From Camelus ferus (lineage: Eukaryota): a stretch of 64,000 nucleotides of DNA. The stretch is taken from positions 29,452,001 through 29,516,000 of the forward strand of contig NC_045696.1 of the NCBI RefSeq assembly GCF_009834535.1, given 5' to 3'. Positions within the stretch are counted from its first letter, which is position 1. Each line of letters begins with the position of its first letter. The translations under genes were made by a program, and so were the position numbers. The notes under the pieces were generated by a model. The model was given only the letters and a program-made list of their open reading frames with translations, made no database searches and was not told the origin of the DNA. Shown piece by piece: positions 13,747-25,815 of this stretch.

Positions 13747-16374
13747 ACAACAAATCTATCTGCTCCTCTGAGATGACAGTCAGCATACGAAATTGTGAAA
13801 TTCTATTACTTATTTATCGTTACATTCCTAGAACCTGGCATAGGATCTCAATATATGAATGAATCATAATGAATGAACAACAACCTTATCTTTTTTTAAA
13901 CTGACTTTTGGCTAGCCAGCCAGCATGTCAAGAAGGGGCCCACATCATACTTGTGCTAGGAATATGAGAAGTACTAGAAATAACTGGCTGGGGGGAAAAG
14001 AATGATTTGTATTTGGGAATGCTCCCTCTGAAGAAAGAAACTAAAGTGAGTATGACTAACTTCACTTCTGTAACTGCCTGTCAATAAATTTATATATTTT
14101 TTTACCCAAGTTTAGTTTTTATTTTTATCTAATATTGAGTTTATCTTAACCTTTATATTACTTTCAGATCCTGATATAATAAATCTTTAATGATATATAT
14201 GTATAAAGAAATAGGCAAATGATAAAAGGTGTAAGAATTTATTGTTTTGTCACATACAAAATATTCATCTTTTTTCATATGTACATTAAAATGTTTAACA
14301 CATTACAATGAGATTTAATATCTGGCTGTAACAGTATTGGAAAGAAATCTTCGTGAATCTAGGAAATCCAGGTTTTAGACTAATGAAATATCAAGGGAAG
14401 CTCCTGTACTTCTCATTTGCTCCACATGGTTCCTCAGCAACTAGTCACAAAATGTGGGAAAACATAGCTACAGAGTATGCTACCATGACAACCAAAGCCG
14501 TATTTAAATTTTATTCATCTTTCTGTCTGTCTATCTATCTATCTAGTCTATAATCTATCTATCATTCATCTATCTACTGCCTTACTCCAAAAATGGTTTG
14601 GATGGATCACATATATATACTACAAGAGGGGATATAAAAATGAAATTTGAATATGTAAGAATAATCAGAGCAAATGAAGATTAGGGTAACAACAATAACA
14701 ACCACCACTAAAAACCCAGATCAACCCCCGAATCAGGTAAATAAAATGCATGACTTGAAACTATACTCTTTTTCTAAGCAGTTGGACTTTAATCTAGTCC
14801 TAAGAGTTCTCATAACCTGGGGAAACTTGTTCCTGAGAACTTTGAGATAAGTATTTGGGGATCCAGCTAAACACCCATCAGGAGAATTTGAACCTAGGGA
14901 ATTAAATTGTCCATGGATGGTTAAGCTATGAGATTAAGAAGTGATTTTAATGGAAATGTTGACTTCTAGATAAGCTGACCTTGAAGATAAGTGAACTGAA
15001 TATGCACACACACAGAGAGGTTTGAAAGACGAGTTATTGGTGGGAGAAGCATAGAGGAAGAAAAGCAATGTGTCTTCAAGTTTATCCTAACTGTGTTTAA
15101 ACAAATGTGATGGTTTTTTCTCCAAGATGTTTATTGATGTCCCTTGTGGATGAGGACTGAGTTAAACAATGTTGAATAAGTTCCAGAAACACTGAGTTAA
15201 ACAACGTTACACCAATTTCCTTGTTACAGGCATTCTCAGGGTCTTTAATATTTAATTTGCATTATGAGTTTGTAAGGGGGAATAAAGTGCATAAGATTTC
15301 CCAAACTTGGTTGACAATTAGGGCGGATGCTATGCTACGTTTTTATTGCACTGTTTCCCCTTCCTGCACAAAAAAAGATCCAGCCTCCTCTGCGGTTAGT
15401 TCAGGATAGCGTGACTGAATTCTGGCTAACAAGGTGAAACACGAGGGTGTAAGCCACTCCCAAGCCTGGACTTATTCTTGTAATTCTGAGATTTTTTGTT
15501 CTTCCTGGAGGTCACATATTTCAGACAGCATAACTACAATATGGAGAAGGGTCATATGTTCTGCACTGAAACGTCATGTGAAAGGAAAAAACTCTTGTTT
15601 TGTTCCATCATTAAGATTTTAGGGTTTACTTGTAATTGCAGCCTCTCTTTGCCTGGCCTGAGGATTGCTGTCAAGCTCCTAATCTTTGGAGAACATTTTT
15701 GAACATCTTATTTCTTAACATGAAATGTTGTGCCAAGATAAATTGTTGAAATATATATGCCTGAGGATCCAAATGAATTATTTTGCCTATAGGATTACTG
15801 GTAAGTCAAATGTGGAACAAGTTTTACCAAAACTCCTGAGACTCAGTTTCAGAATGGTTTATTTGCTCACTTGGAGGCTACTACCCAAATAAGAAGTATA
15901 ATATCTCAGAAAAGTAATCCAGTGCAGATCAGTAAGACATAAGGTTTAGACATCGGCTCTCACGTAGTCATAATTTTAGAGCCTTGCTCAGGATGCTGGT
16001 CAGGGAAGAAGACGGTGAAAGGACGACTGGCCATCATTATTTCTGCCACTTTAGAAAATTGTGGTCAGGCTGTTAGCCTCCAAAGCTCAGTCTGTTTTCA
16101 GTTTTGGTTTGTCTCCCTGAAAGCCTGGATGTGCTTTGTTCTAATACTCCTTTCCTCTGTAAAGGGGAATTATCTGTTTAGGCGTCTTCTATGAACTAAA
16201 CTCTACATTTTATTTAAGTTTCATTATTTTTTTCCCTAAGGCGTCTTCTCTGTTCCAGAAGCCCATCTTGGACACCACAGTGCATTTAGTCCTCGTGCCT
16301 CTTAGCTGACTCTGGGTTGTGACAGTCTCTTGGACTGATCTTGTCTGGCATTTCCTTGTCTGTGTAGGTATCTC

Positions 16375-17155
16375 CATGATGGTTACTCTTCTATGTCACC
16401 TTGGCTAGATTACAGTACTCAGTTATCCAACTACACGTGAATCTGGGTGTCACAGTGAAGGTATTTTGTAGATGTGGTGGTCAACATCTACAGATGGTCC
16501 CTGACTTAGGATGGTTCAACTTCTGACTTTTCACCTTTACAATGGTGTGAAAGCAATACACATTCAGTAGAGACTGGACATCAAAATTTGAATCTCAATT
16601 CTTTCCTGGGATAGTGATAAGCAGTACCACATCCTCTTGGGATGCTGGGCAAGACACAGCACCCAGTCAGCGACAGGATCACGAGGGCAGACAACTGACA
16701 GAACCATTCTGTTTTTCACTTCCAGTACAGCGTTCAGTAAATGACATGAGATACTCAACACTGGTCTATAAGACAGGCTTGGTGTTAGATGAGCACGTTT
16801 AAGATGGGCTAGGCTAAGCTGTGATGTTCAGTTGGTTAGGTATCTTGAATGCATTTTCATTTCCAATCTTTTTAACTTAAGATGGTTTTACCAGGATGCA
16901 ACTCCATTGTAAAGTAGAGGAAGATCTGTACAGTGAGTTGACTTTATAGATCACCCTTGATAATGTGGGTGGGGCCTCATCCAAACAGTTGAAGGCCTGA
17001 GGAGCAAAAACTGAGGTTTTCCAGAGAAGGAATTCTGCCTCAAAACTGCAAGAGTGGCTCTTATCTGAGTTTCAACTTTGCCAGCCCAACCTACAGATTT
17101 TGGACTTTGCCAGTTCCCATAACCCCAGGAGCCAATTTCTTGAAATTTATCTCTT
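16375..17155 (+). mobile_element. MLT2 (ERVL) LTR, interrupted by a DNA transposon
   Basis: tgatggttact...tgtcaccttggctag...gtgaaggtattttgtagatgtgg | insertion | ...gataatgtgggtggggcctcatccaa.cagttgaaggcctga...acagattttggactt.gccag...gagccaatttcttgaaat. Confidence 0.8.
16491..16928. mobile_element. Tigger-derived MITE (MER47-like) nested in MLT2
   Basis: TA|CAGATGGTCCCTGACTTA...TAAAGTAGAGGAAGATCTG|TA: imperfect TIRs with a TA TSD. Confidence 0.85.
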
Positions 17156-17299
17156 GATATTTGCCTTGTGTATTTTATATAAAGAGAGATATATATAATA
17201 ATAAAATCTTATACACACATACAAAATCTTATATGTATAATCTCATATAATGTCCATATTGTGTGCATGTATACAATGCATATGTGTATACAGCTTTTC

Positions 17300-18570
17300 A
17301 TTTGTGTGTGTGTGATTTTTTTTTATCACAGTTAGGCTAGAGTTACAGGTTTTGGGGGCTGTATTTTTGCCATTTTCATCAATCTTATTACATCATATCA
17401 AAAGTACATGCTATCAACATGACTTACTGATGATGCTAACCATGACCACCTGGCTGAGTAGTTTTCCAGATTTTTCCACTGCAAAGTTGTGGGTTCTGGC
17501 CAGCAGAAATCCCACCGAGATGGAATGAATGACTCGAGACTCTGGAAAAAGTCAAGAGAGTGAGAGGGAGTCGGGATCCAACTCCACGAACCTCTCAAAT
17601 GCTCCCATATTTATTGTGTACAATCAAAGGAGGAATCACTAACAGTTGGAATGCTGGAATTTAGGGAAGGACAGGGTGGGATCACAATGAGTACAAAGGC
17701 TTTGTTTATTGTTGGTGTTTGGCTCAAGGTCAGAAGACCCTTTTTGTTTTGGTAAATCATGTTCGCGTTGAGCCTTTCAGCTTATCAGAGTGGAATGTAT
17801 GAGAAACAGCTCCTTAACAACATTTTTCTTGGATTCAGGCGGCTGTGCCTGTCTTAGGTTGCCCCCCTCAGGGGATCTTACCCGTCATTGGCTAACCAGC
17901 CTTCTCACCTCTCAGTCTGCAGCTTTGTATAACTTGTTTACCATTCCAGCCCAAGGCTGTTTTGGGGATAGACTATCTAGCAGCAGGCACGCCCAGTGTT
18001 TATAGCTGAGGGCCTGGGTCGTTGCTTTGCAATCAGCAGAGTGCTATCTAAAACCTAAGCACATTTGCTCTTCTTTAATGAGACAAGCGGCTGGGGTCTG
18101 TTACAATTTGTTAACCCAGTCATGGGCTCCCACACAAAGTCATTATCCCCTTTTACTTACTCCGCTCTTTAGAAGGCAGTCACTAAGTACAGCCCACCCT
18201 CGAGGGAGGGAGGTGGTGTTAGGGAGAGTTAAGCTCAACCTTCTTAAGGGGGAGTGTCTACAAAAATCATTCAGCATTCAGTACAGGAGATGTGTCTCTT
18301 CTCCCCCATTTGTCTATTGAGTCAATCGTTTGTATCCGTATGAATTGATGGATATTTTACCCTTTATGTGATAGCACATTATTTTGTTGCTCAGATTGTT
18401 CTCCATTCTTTTGATTTGGGGTCACCTCCCTACTTTCTGGCATTACAAGAAGCCCCAGGCTTATCTTGTATATACCCTGCCCCTGTCCTAGAATCATTCA
18501 TTTCTCCAAGAAGTTCTGGTTCTTCTTTAGGTAGGTAAAATTAGAGACCAGGGTCTGGGGGCTGAGTTCA
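17300..18570 (-). mobile_element. Old L1 (L1M-type) 3' region in antisense, split by an LTR insertion
   Basis: catgctatcaacatgacttactgatgatgcta...tttttccactgcaaagt | LTR | cattatcccc...agaaggcagtcactaagtacagcccac...agaatcattcatttctccaagaagttctggttc. Confidence 0.65.
17488..18134 (-). mobile_element. ERV2/betaretrovirus-like solo LTR, 647 bp
   Basis: Perfect inverted termini TGTGGG...CCCACA and a perfect 6-bp TSD caaagt (17482-17487 and 18135-18140). Minus-strand AATAAA near 17610 and 17705. Confidence 0.88.
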
Positions 18571-19097
18571 TGATCTTTTACATTTTTATTTCGATGCCAC
18601 ACATGACAAAAATAATTCCTGGAACTTGAACACCGTCTTGAAACAGAGGGTAGGGCATTACACACCTGCTTGGCTTTGAGTGCCATCCCTTCCCCCACCA
18701 AAGACGTTCAAAACCAACGGAAGACAAACAGTACAAACGAGAGAGCCTAAGTTTTACCCCTGATCCAGAGACCACCAATGATCCATCGTGGAAGGCAGCA
18801 GAGGGAGTTGGGTCAGCGTGAGCCTAGACCCAAACAAGGATAATCATCATTACTTTTCAGGGTTCAGACGACTCAGAAGAATGTGTATACAGTTCTAGCA
18901 AAGGGCTTAGGAACAAGGAAACATTCAATATAGTAGTCAGTGCAGTATGTCTTTAAGGATATATCTCTGCTTAGGACTAGCAGAATTACCCGTTCTACTG
19001 CTGCTTCTGGATAGCTGAGTCATGCCCACTTATCATAAGGAACAGTAGAGGGGACAGACTGTGACTCTGTGTGTGTGGGGGAACCTCTTTATCATGG

Positions 19098-19226
19098 TTT
19101 TTTTTAATTTAAAAAATATTTTAAATTAAAAAATTATTTTTCCCCTCTTTAATGGAGGCACTGGGGATTGAACCCAGGACCTCATGCATTCCAAGCACTC
19201 GCTCTACCACTGAGCTATACCCCTCA
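19098..19226 (-). mobile_element. tRNA-derived SINE (camelid-type)
   Basis: Reverse strand GGGGTATAGCTCAGTGGTAGAGCGAGTGCTTGGAATGCATGAGGTCCTGGGTTCAATCCCCAGT has A and B boxes, followed by an A/T-rich tail. Confidence 0.88.
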
Positions 19227-20359
19227 CTCCCTTCATGACTGATTTTAATCAATAGTTGACAGCTTTGTTAGAGGCATCTGTGAAATGAAGTTACATGCAA
19301 AGTTTTTTATTATGTATATTACTGGCGTGAATGGAAAGTGACACTACAACTCAGTCAAAAAGAATCCCTAGCGGATATAAAGAAAGAAGTAATAAAGGTA
19401 TTTCTTTTCTGCCCTCCTCTCTTTCTAGAGGAAAAACAAAAGACTGATAGCCAATTAGTCTGAAGGTGAGAACTTCTGTAAAGGGATTAAGACATATACT
19501 GCATTTCATTACAAGATTTGCAAACTTCTCTAAATCCAAATAAAATCACTTGTTTAGACTGATGCTCTTAATATGATAAGAAAAAAATCTAAAATTGAGT
19601 ATGAGTATTACACACAGAGATCAAGTGATTCATTAGTTGAAGATAAATATTGGAATCAGTGAACTTTGTGAGTTTTCAATTTACTTACAAACTATTTACG
19701 TGTGTCTGTGTGCATTCATGCACCCATGTGTATGCTATAAATACATACATGTTCGAAGGGTTTATTCATACATCTACCGTTATTTCCTGTATTACCTTAG
19801 ACAAGTAGGCACAAACAATTTGAACACTTACCTCATTTAATTTTATATCCTTGTGTGGCAAAGTAATTTGGAGTGATAGCTATGTCTTAGTTTTCTGCTT
19901 TGCACTGTCTTGTAAGTCCCAGACAACTGTGGAAATGGCAGATCAGTGGTTGATAACTTACCTGCTTCTTCAAGAAATTAATTAATCGTGCAAACATTTA
20001 TTTAATGAAGATGTGTGTTTCTGATGACAGCACAGACTTTCAATACAAAAAAACCCCAAAACAAAAGCAAAAGCAAACAAACAAACAAATAATGGTCCCA
20101 ACTCTTTCTAACCTATGCGCTCTCTTTTGCAGTTCTTGTTTCCTGTTGTTTATTCTTCCTGTCAGTGGTATATCCTGGGCTGTGGGCACAAGGGGAAGAG
20201 GGAAAGATTCAGAGGCCCTTGACACCTGGTTGCTGTGTCTCACTGGAGGGCACCTGTGGCCATTTCACTGCGTATACAGTTTACCCTGACCTATTGGTTG
20301 CCAGCAAGAGGATGCTGAATTTCAGGATTGTGTAAGTGCAGAGTCTGGGAGCAGCTGAG

Positions 20360-20374
20360 ACACTAGGGGGCGGT
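20360..20374 (+). promoter_or_regulatory. CTCF-like motif
   Basis: ACACTAGGGGGCGGT, near-consensus. A weaker co-oriented match, TCACTGGAGGGCACC, lies at 20240-20254. Confidence 0.6.
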
Positions 20375-20654
20375 ACACTAACTGCACTGGAAGGAATTCA
20401 CTAGGACTTCCTAATGCCTTCAGAGAAAAAGCTAGAATTAGCAAATAAAAGTAGCTGGTGGAGGAGGACTGATGTTTTGGTCGTCTGCAATGGTGGAGGA
20501 AATGCAAAGACCCGCTCTCTCTGCAAAGCAGCACACACCTCCCTGCCTGGGATCGTGTGGAGAACTTAGTGCAGAAGCCTTGAAGGACAGACAGACAGTG
20601 GCAGGTGACGGTGACAGTCTGTTCCTGACAACACACTTGGAAGATGTCTCCAAA

Positions 20655-20665
20655 TGCTGACTCAC
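20655..20665. promoter_or_regulatory. NRF2/NF-E2-sMAF (ARE) consensus site
   Basis: TGCTGACTCAC. The reverse strand reads GTGAGTCAGCA-TTT with an AT-rich 3' flank. Confidence 0.4.
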
Positions 20666-20913
20666 CATCCATCAGCTATTGATGAAATACTAGCCATTTT
20701 TAAAACCAATGACGATGCTTGTTTTTTTAAGAAAACTGTCTTATAACTCTGGATAAGAATGAAGTTGCTAAGTGCTTTCTTAAATGAGGCACTGGGAATA
20801 AAGAGCTGTATCTTGAACTCAAGTCTTCTAACCATTATACCATCACACCACCCTTTTAAATCACAGTGCAGGTTTCTAGGTGAAACAGTCTACACAGCAA
20901 TCGATGAGGGCCA

Positions 20914-21122
20914 TTACTATATGTAAAACAAGCAAGGACCAAACAAGGACCTACTGTACAGCATGGGGAACTATATTCCATTTCTTGTAATAACATATAA
21001 TGAAAAGTATCTTAAAAGAAAACATATTTGAGTATGTATATGTATAATAGAATCACTTTGCTGTACACCTGAAGCTAACATTGTAAATCAACTACACTTC
21101 GATTAAAAAATTTTTTTTTTAA
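20914..21122 (+). mobile_element. Short 5'-truncated LINE-1 3' end
   Basis: aacaaggacctactgtacagcatggggaactatatt...aatcactttgctgtacacctgaagctaacattgtaaatcaactac, with a 10-bp TSD atgagggcca (20904-20913 and 21123-21132). Confidence 0.9.
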
Positions 21123-24014
21123 ATGAGGGCCAAATACCTCTCTCTGGTCCAGCAGAAATGACAAGAATAACTGTAAGTCATAAGTAAACTTCTGAATGAC
21201 ATGTCCTTTAGTCTATCTATCACTGAGTCCCTTTTATTCACGTAAATAAACATCCTATTTTCTGTACAGTTTTTGCCAAGAGTTAAAATCCAGATGTAAT
21301 GTTTTAAATCATGGAGACAAAAACACTTATAACTACTGTATCTTAATTTCTCACACTACCGATTAAGAAATTCTCCCCTAAAGTAAGAATGTTTCTCTGC
21401 AATTCTCTACAAATCACCATTAATGAGATAATAGAGCAGAAAGATTAGTAGGGAGTTCATTTGATTTTTTCCCCCCTGCAGGCTGGCTTTAGCGGGAAAA
21501 TTTATCTACATTTCAATTCTCACGCATCGTGAATGATAAATGAACTCCACTGCATAAAGGACATGACATTGCTGCGCCTTGGATTTCTATTTTCTCTCGT
21601 CAGAATATTCTACCTAGTGAAATCCATAGCTCAGCGCCTGTCTCCCTAGAAGGAATGTGTAGATTAATGAAATCCCACCATTCTAAAGAACTGGTTCGGG
21701 ACATGATTCAAAACATGCAAAAAGCAATAGTCTGAGAGATGTAAGACCAACCAGAAAGCGGCTTCGCCGTTTTGGTTTCTATCAGGTATGTCTGCTCTGG
21801 TTCATCCGAGGCAGGAAGAGCAATAGGAGACCTATTTGATGATGCTTTCATCACCAGATTCCAGATGCAGGACCAGAGAGAGTGAAGAGATATTTGCCCT
21901 GAAGCTGCAAGCAGAACACTAGAGGAAAACACATGACCCTTCATCACTTCCCCCAGATCTGTCTGCACTCTGTTCTGTTTTATTTGAAGAATAGGCTCCT
22001 TATCCAGACAACCTCCTGTATGATCCCGCATAGCAATGGCTATAACCCTGATGGGTGACAAATGTTGAATTGATATTGCTAAGGGGAGCCTGGAGTCAGA
22101 GGAAAAAATGCGTGCATTCTTCTACAGCTGCCACAAGAAAAGTCAATTTATTGTCACTGGTTATTTTTTGATCTTGAGGAACATGGTGGCTAAGTCCTTC
22201 ATTTTATGTTAGAGATGAATACATTAGCTAAAGACAGGGCAAAGTGAAAAACATCAAAGGTACAGAAAAAAAAAAAATGAAATGAATTGACCCTTAAAGT
22301 TCAAGTGGTATGAAGCGGGAAACATTCCAGGAAAAATGTTTACAGTTCAAGTTTTGACTATTAAAAACTATGGTATTCTCAGAGTGAACTAATGTTAATT
22401 GAAACATCAAGCCTCATTAGCGTGAGGGGTAAATTCTATGTTGGATAATAGGGCAATGGCTAATGTTCACTTGCTAATATTGAAAAATGATGGAAAGAAA
22501 TCTGTAATCACCTATGTTTTCTAGGACATAAATTAAAACAGTAAAAATACTTCTTCTAAAAAAGCCAAAAAGATTAATCATTCTCATTTTTGATGTTAGT
22601 AATAAACACATCAGAGAAAAAACATTATAAGGCACACAGTGTAAAATTTTGCATCTCTCTGTTGTGATTATTGAAAATGTTTAACCAATAAAAAAAAAAC
22701 AAAACTTCTCACTAAACTACATAATGATGAGAATGTTACTGATACAAAAATAAAGATGTAAAGTGAAATATACTACAATATTAAAATGTTCTAGAAAGGC
22801 TGTCTGCTATGATAGGGGAAAAAAAACCAACTACATTCTATTTTGGACTCAATACTTTGTTTGCACATATTTTTATATTTCTTACCTAGGAACATCCATT
22901 TATTGTTCTTGGGCGGGGAAACACTTGACAAAGGCAATTAAGTTCCATTACATTGTTAAATTTGAATCTTACACTGTGAAATCTAAAGATCATGTTAGTA
23001 ATGTCAATCAGCATAATGAAAATATGTCATATGACTACTCTGCTCTTTCTGACTTTCCACAGAGGTTGAAGGGGAACAAAAAAAAGAGAGTTCTTAGGTG
23101 TGAAGTAATTTCTTGTCATTTTTAAAGAGCCATAGTAGAAAACTAGCATATCTCTTTATACATGAGAAATACGAAGCTACGAAATTATAAACCAGAACAC
23201 AACACACCACGGTTGTGCATCGTTCTATTGTCAATAACAGGTACATGATGCAGACCTGGCAGGGCTAAGATATTAATAACATACCTGTAACAGGGAGAGC
23301 ATCACAGAAGGCATCACACTCGGGAGTGTTTCCCAGTGTGGACCGCCATCAGCTGGCATCACTTTCAGAAAAATCAGACTCTTACTCTACTTTGAAGTTA
23401 AAGCGAATAACACATTTCAGACCCAGATTCAAAGCTTTACTCAAGTTATAAAAAAGACGGCTAATACACAGGTTTAGCTATAAAAAGAAATCTCTTTTGC
23501 TAATCTCTTTCATTACTGAACCAGTTTTTAGTAGAAAGACTTCCACGTACTCCTTGTAAGTCATGATAATCAGGCTACAAACAAAAAAAGCAGCAGTCGG
23601 TATTAATGTAAAGGAAAATCTGAGATCTTAAAAAAAAAAAAGTGCCAGATACTTTCTGTCTCATAAGTGCACCATAATTTCTCAAGTATGAACAAATTAC
23701 ATATCAATGGTTACAGAGCGGACTACTGTTTCCTAAAGCAAGGGGCAGTCTCATGATTGACTATCCTACTCAGGAGAGATAGTTAATTTAGCTTCTAAAG
23801 GTGCCCAGGTTTAGAGCTGGAGAGCAGTTTAGACAACTGAGTTGGTTCGTATAATTTCAAGTCACAAGATAGTACCTCAAGGAAAAAAAAATAGTATTAC
23901 ATCTAGTCCATCGTGCATTGGTGCATATATGTGGGGAAGGTGTCAGGGCTGAGATAGGCTTTTTAATATTCACTCAAAATCAGTCTCCATAACATCACAG
24001 CAAAATAAACATTA

Positions 24015-24764
24015 GCAAAGGCAATTTTGAATTTTTTTTAATTGACTGAAAGTAAAAGACATTTTCTGAAACGTTGCAATTACCAAGTCAGGCTTTCAGA
24101 AACAGAGATATTAGCATCTACCAAGATACTAAGTGACCAAGGCATCACAGGATAAAACTTACTGCGAAATAAGGCATGGATGAGTTCAGAGGCCATGACT
24201 TTTATGTTCTCTTTGATACAGTTCTTAATTTTATATTCCTACTATATACTTATTACAGTATTTCTAAACACAATTTGAAAAAAGGAGAGTAACAGTCTCG
24301 GTAGTTTGTAATTTAGACCAAGAGATATCAGAACAAATAAAGTTACCAAATATCCACCTCTGCCTTACACAAATACTGTATACAGTCAACAGAAACAGTC
24401 AGACATGACACATGACTCGAATGTGAACTTAAAAGGATCAAATAATTGGCAAGTAAGGCTAAACTGTTTACAGACAAGATATATATGATATGTAACACTT
24501 CATCTGAGAATCCTAACTATTCAGATGGCTGGAAAATACAGTTCAGGATTCCTAAAATTTCAAAAAACACTCCCCCCTCTCTACTCCTTAAAGAAAAGCT
24601 TGACATTCATTTTCATAAACCAATATTGAATTTCAGACATCTGACATTTCAGCTAGACAAATATATTTTGAAAAGCATATTACACATTATAAGCGCTGTG
24701 ACAGCAAGCGTGGGAAAACAAAGCACACATCTTCCTCTGGCGGGGCTGAAACCATCGGATCTCT
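24015..24764 (-). other. GBE1: GBE1 3'UTR (distal end approximate)
   Basis: Follows the TGA with no recognisable repeat. The end is inferred from ATTAAA at 24042-24037 and a downstream U/GU-rich tract. Confidence 0.7.
24037..24042 (-). terminator. Candidate polyadenylation signal ATTAAA for GBE1
   Basis: Minus strand ...cagtca ATTAAA aaaaattcaaaattgcctttgctaatgtttattttgctgtg..., i.e. a hexamer followed by a U/GU-rich downstream element. Confidence 0.55.
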
Positions 24765-24821
24765 TCAGTTGGGCAGGTCCACATTCTGAAGGATGAGGGC
24801 CACTCGGTTTGGAATGTACAC
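24765..24821 (-). CDS. GBE1: GBE1 last coding segment (exon 16 equivalent) with stop codon
   Basis: ttgacttag|GTG TAC ATT CCA AAC CGA GTG GCC CTC ATC CTT CAG AAT GTG GAC CTG CCC AAC TGA = VYIPNRVALILQNVDLPN*, matching the mammalian GBE1 C-terminus. Confidence 0.97.
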   Translation of the reverse strand: MYIPNRVALILQNVDLPN

Positions 24822-25008
24822 CTAAGTCAACACAATCGTGTCAGTGCGATTGAAGGAAACACTGGGCGCGATGTCATCATGTCAGAGGGCACCGAAGCCT
24901 GATGCAGTCTCACATTTGCCTAGATTACAGTTACCTTTACGATCCTACTGGCTCTGAGGAGGCTCAACTCCACAGCTCCGACAGCTCTGGCATCCTTTAA
25001 AGCGACTA

Positions 25009-25023
25009 CCACTAGAGGGCGTC
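25009..25023 (+). promoter_or_regulatory. CTCF-like motif
   Basis: CCACTAGAGGGCGTC closely matches the CTCF core CCASYAGRKGGCRS. It sits in a locally CpG-retaining patch ~190 bp into the last intron from exon 16. Confidence 0.65.
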
Positions 25024-25419
25024 ATACACTTTACAAAAACCTACGTTCCTGAGACACTAGGGACATAAATGGCACTCGCCGCTGTTTAGGCACTACCAGC
25101 GCATGACGGCAGGCTGCCCTGAGGTTCAGGGTGTCGCTCTATTCTGGCGAATACAAGTCACATGCAAAAGATTGCTCACATCAAGGCACTTTTAGTATCG
25201 TTCTGGTTTCTGTTTTCCCTTGTCAGGTTAAGAAGAAAAAAATCTTAAATGTGATAGTATACGGTATCCTAAGTGTATTTTAGGCCCCTGCCCAACTTAA
25301 ACCTATCAGGAAGCCTGCAGCTGCACTGAAAGTACAATCCACATTCTGTCCACACCGGTCAGAGTCCTGACTCCGCTCCTTCTTGAATCGTGTGTCTCCC
25401 ATCTCAGACCCACTCTACA

Positions 25420-25815
25420 CACTGCTCTCTTCCGGCCTCGCTCACCAGGCTCCCGCCACAGGGCCCTCCCCTTCCTGGAACACACCGCATCCTTCCCGGC
25501 TCTGTCCAGAGTACTCTTTACCTGACTAGTTCTCTATCTCTTAGGCCTAGAGGATCCCAGCTCCACGGAGAGGTGTTCCTTGACAACTCTAGACGTGCTG
25601 CATTTCATTCTCTATCGCAACACCATTTTTGTTTCTTTCTGAAAACTTAACACAATTTGTAATTTTTTTTTTCAGGTTTATGATCAACCTTCTCACTAGA
25701 CTATGAGGTTTACCAGGGCGGAGGCCACGTATCTTCATATTTCTAATTTTTAGTAGGTGCCAATGGACAAAGTACGTGCCGATGATGACTGAATACAAGA
25801 ATGAATAATGAATAG
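25420..25815 (+). mobile_element. L2 3' remnant
   Basis: cactagactatgaggtt...agggcggaggcc...tagtaggtgccaat...gaatgaataatgaat, an L2-type 3' end. Confidence 0.55.

Noticed and set aside
24446..24796. 116-aa plus-strand ORF antisense to the GBE1 last exon
   Set aside because: Starts at TTG, has no homology I recognise, and has no promoter evidence.
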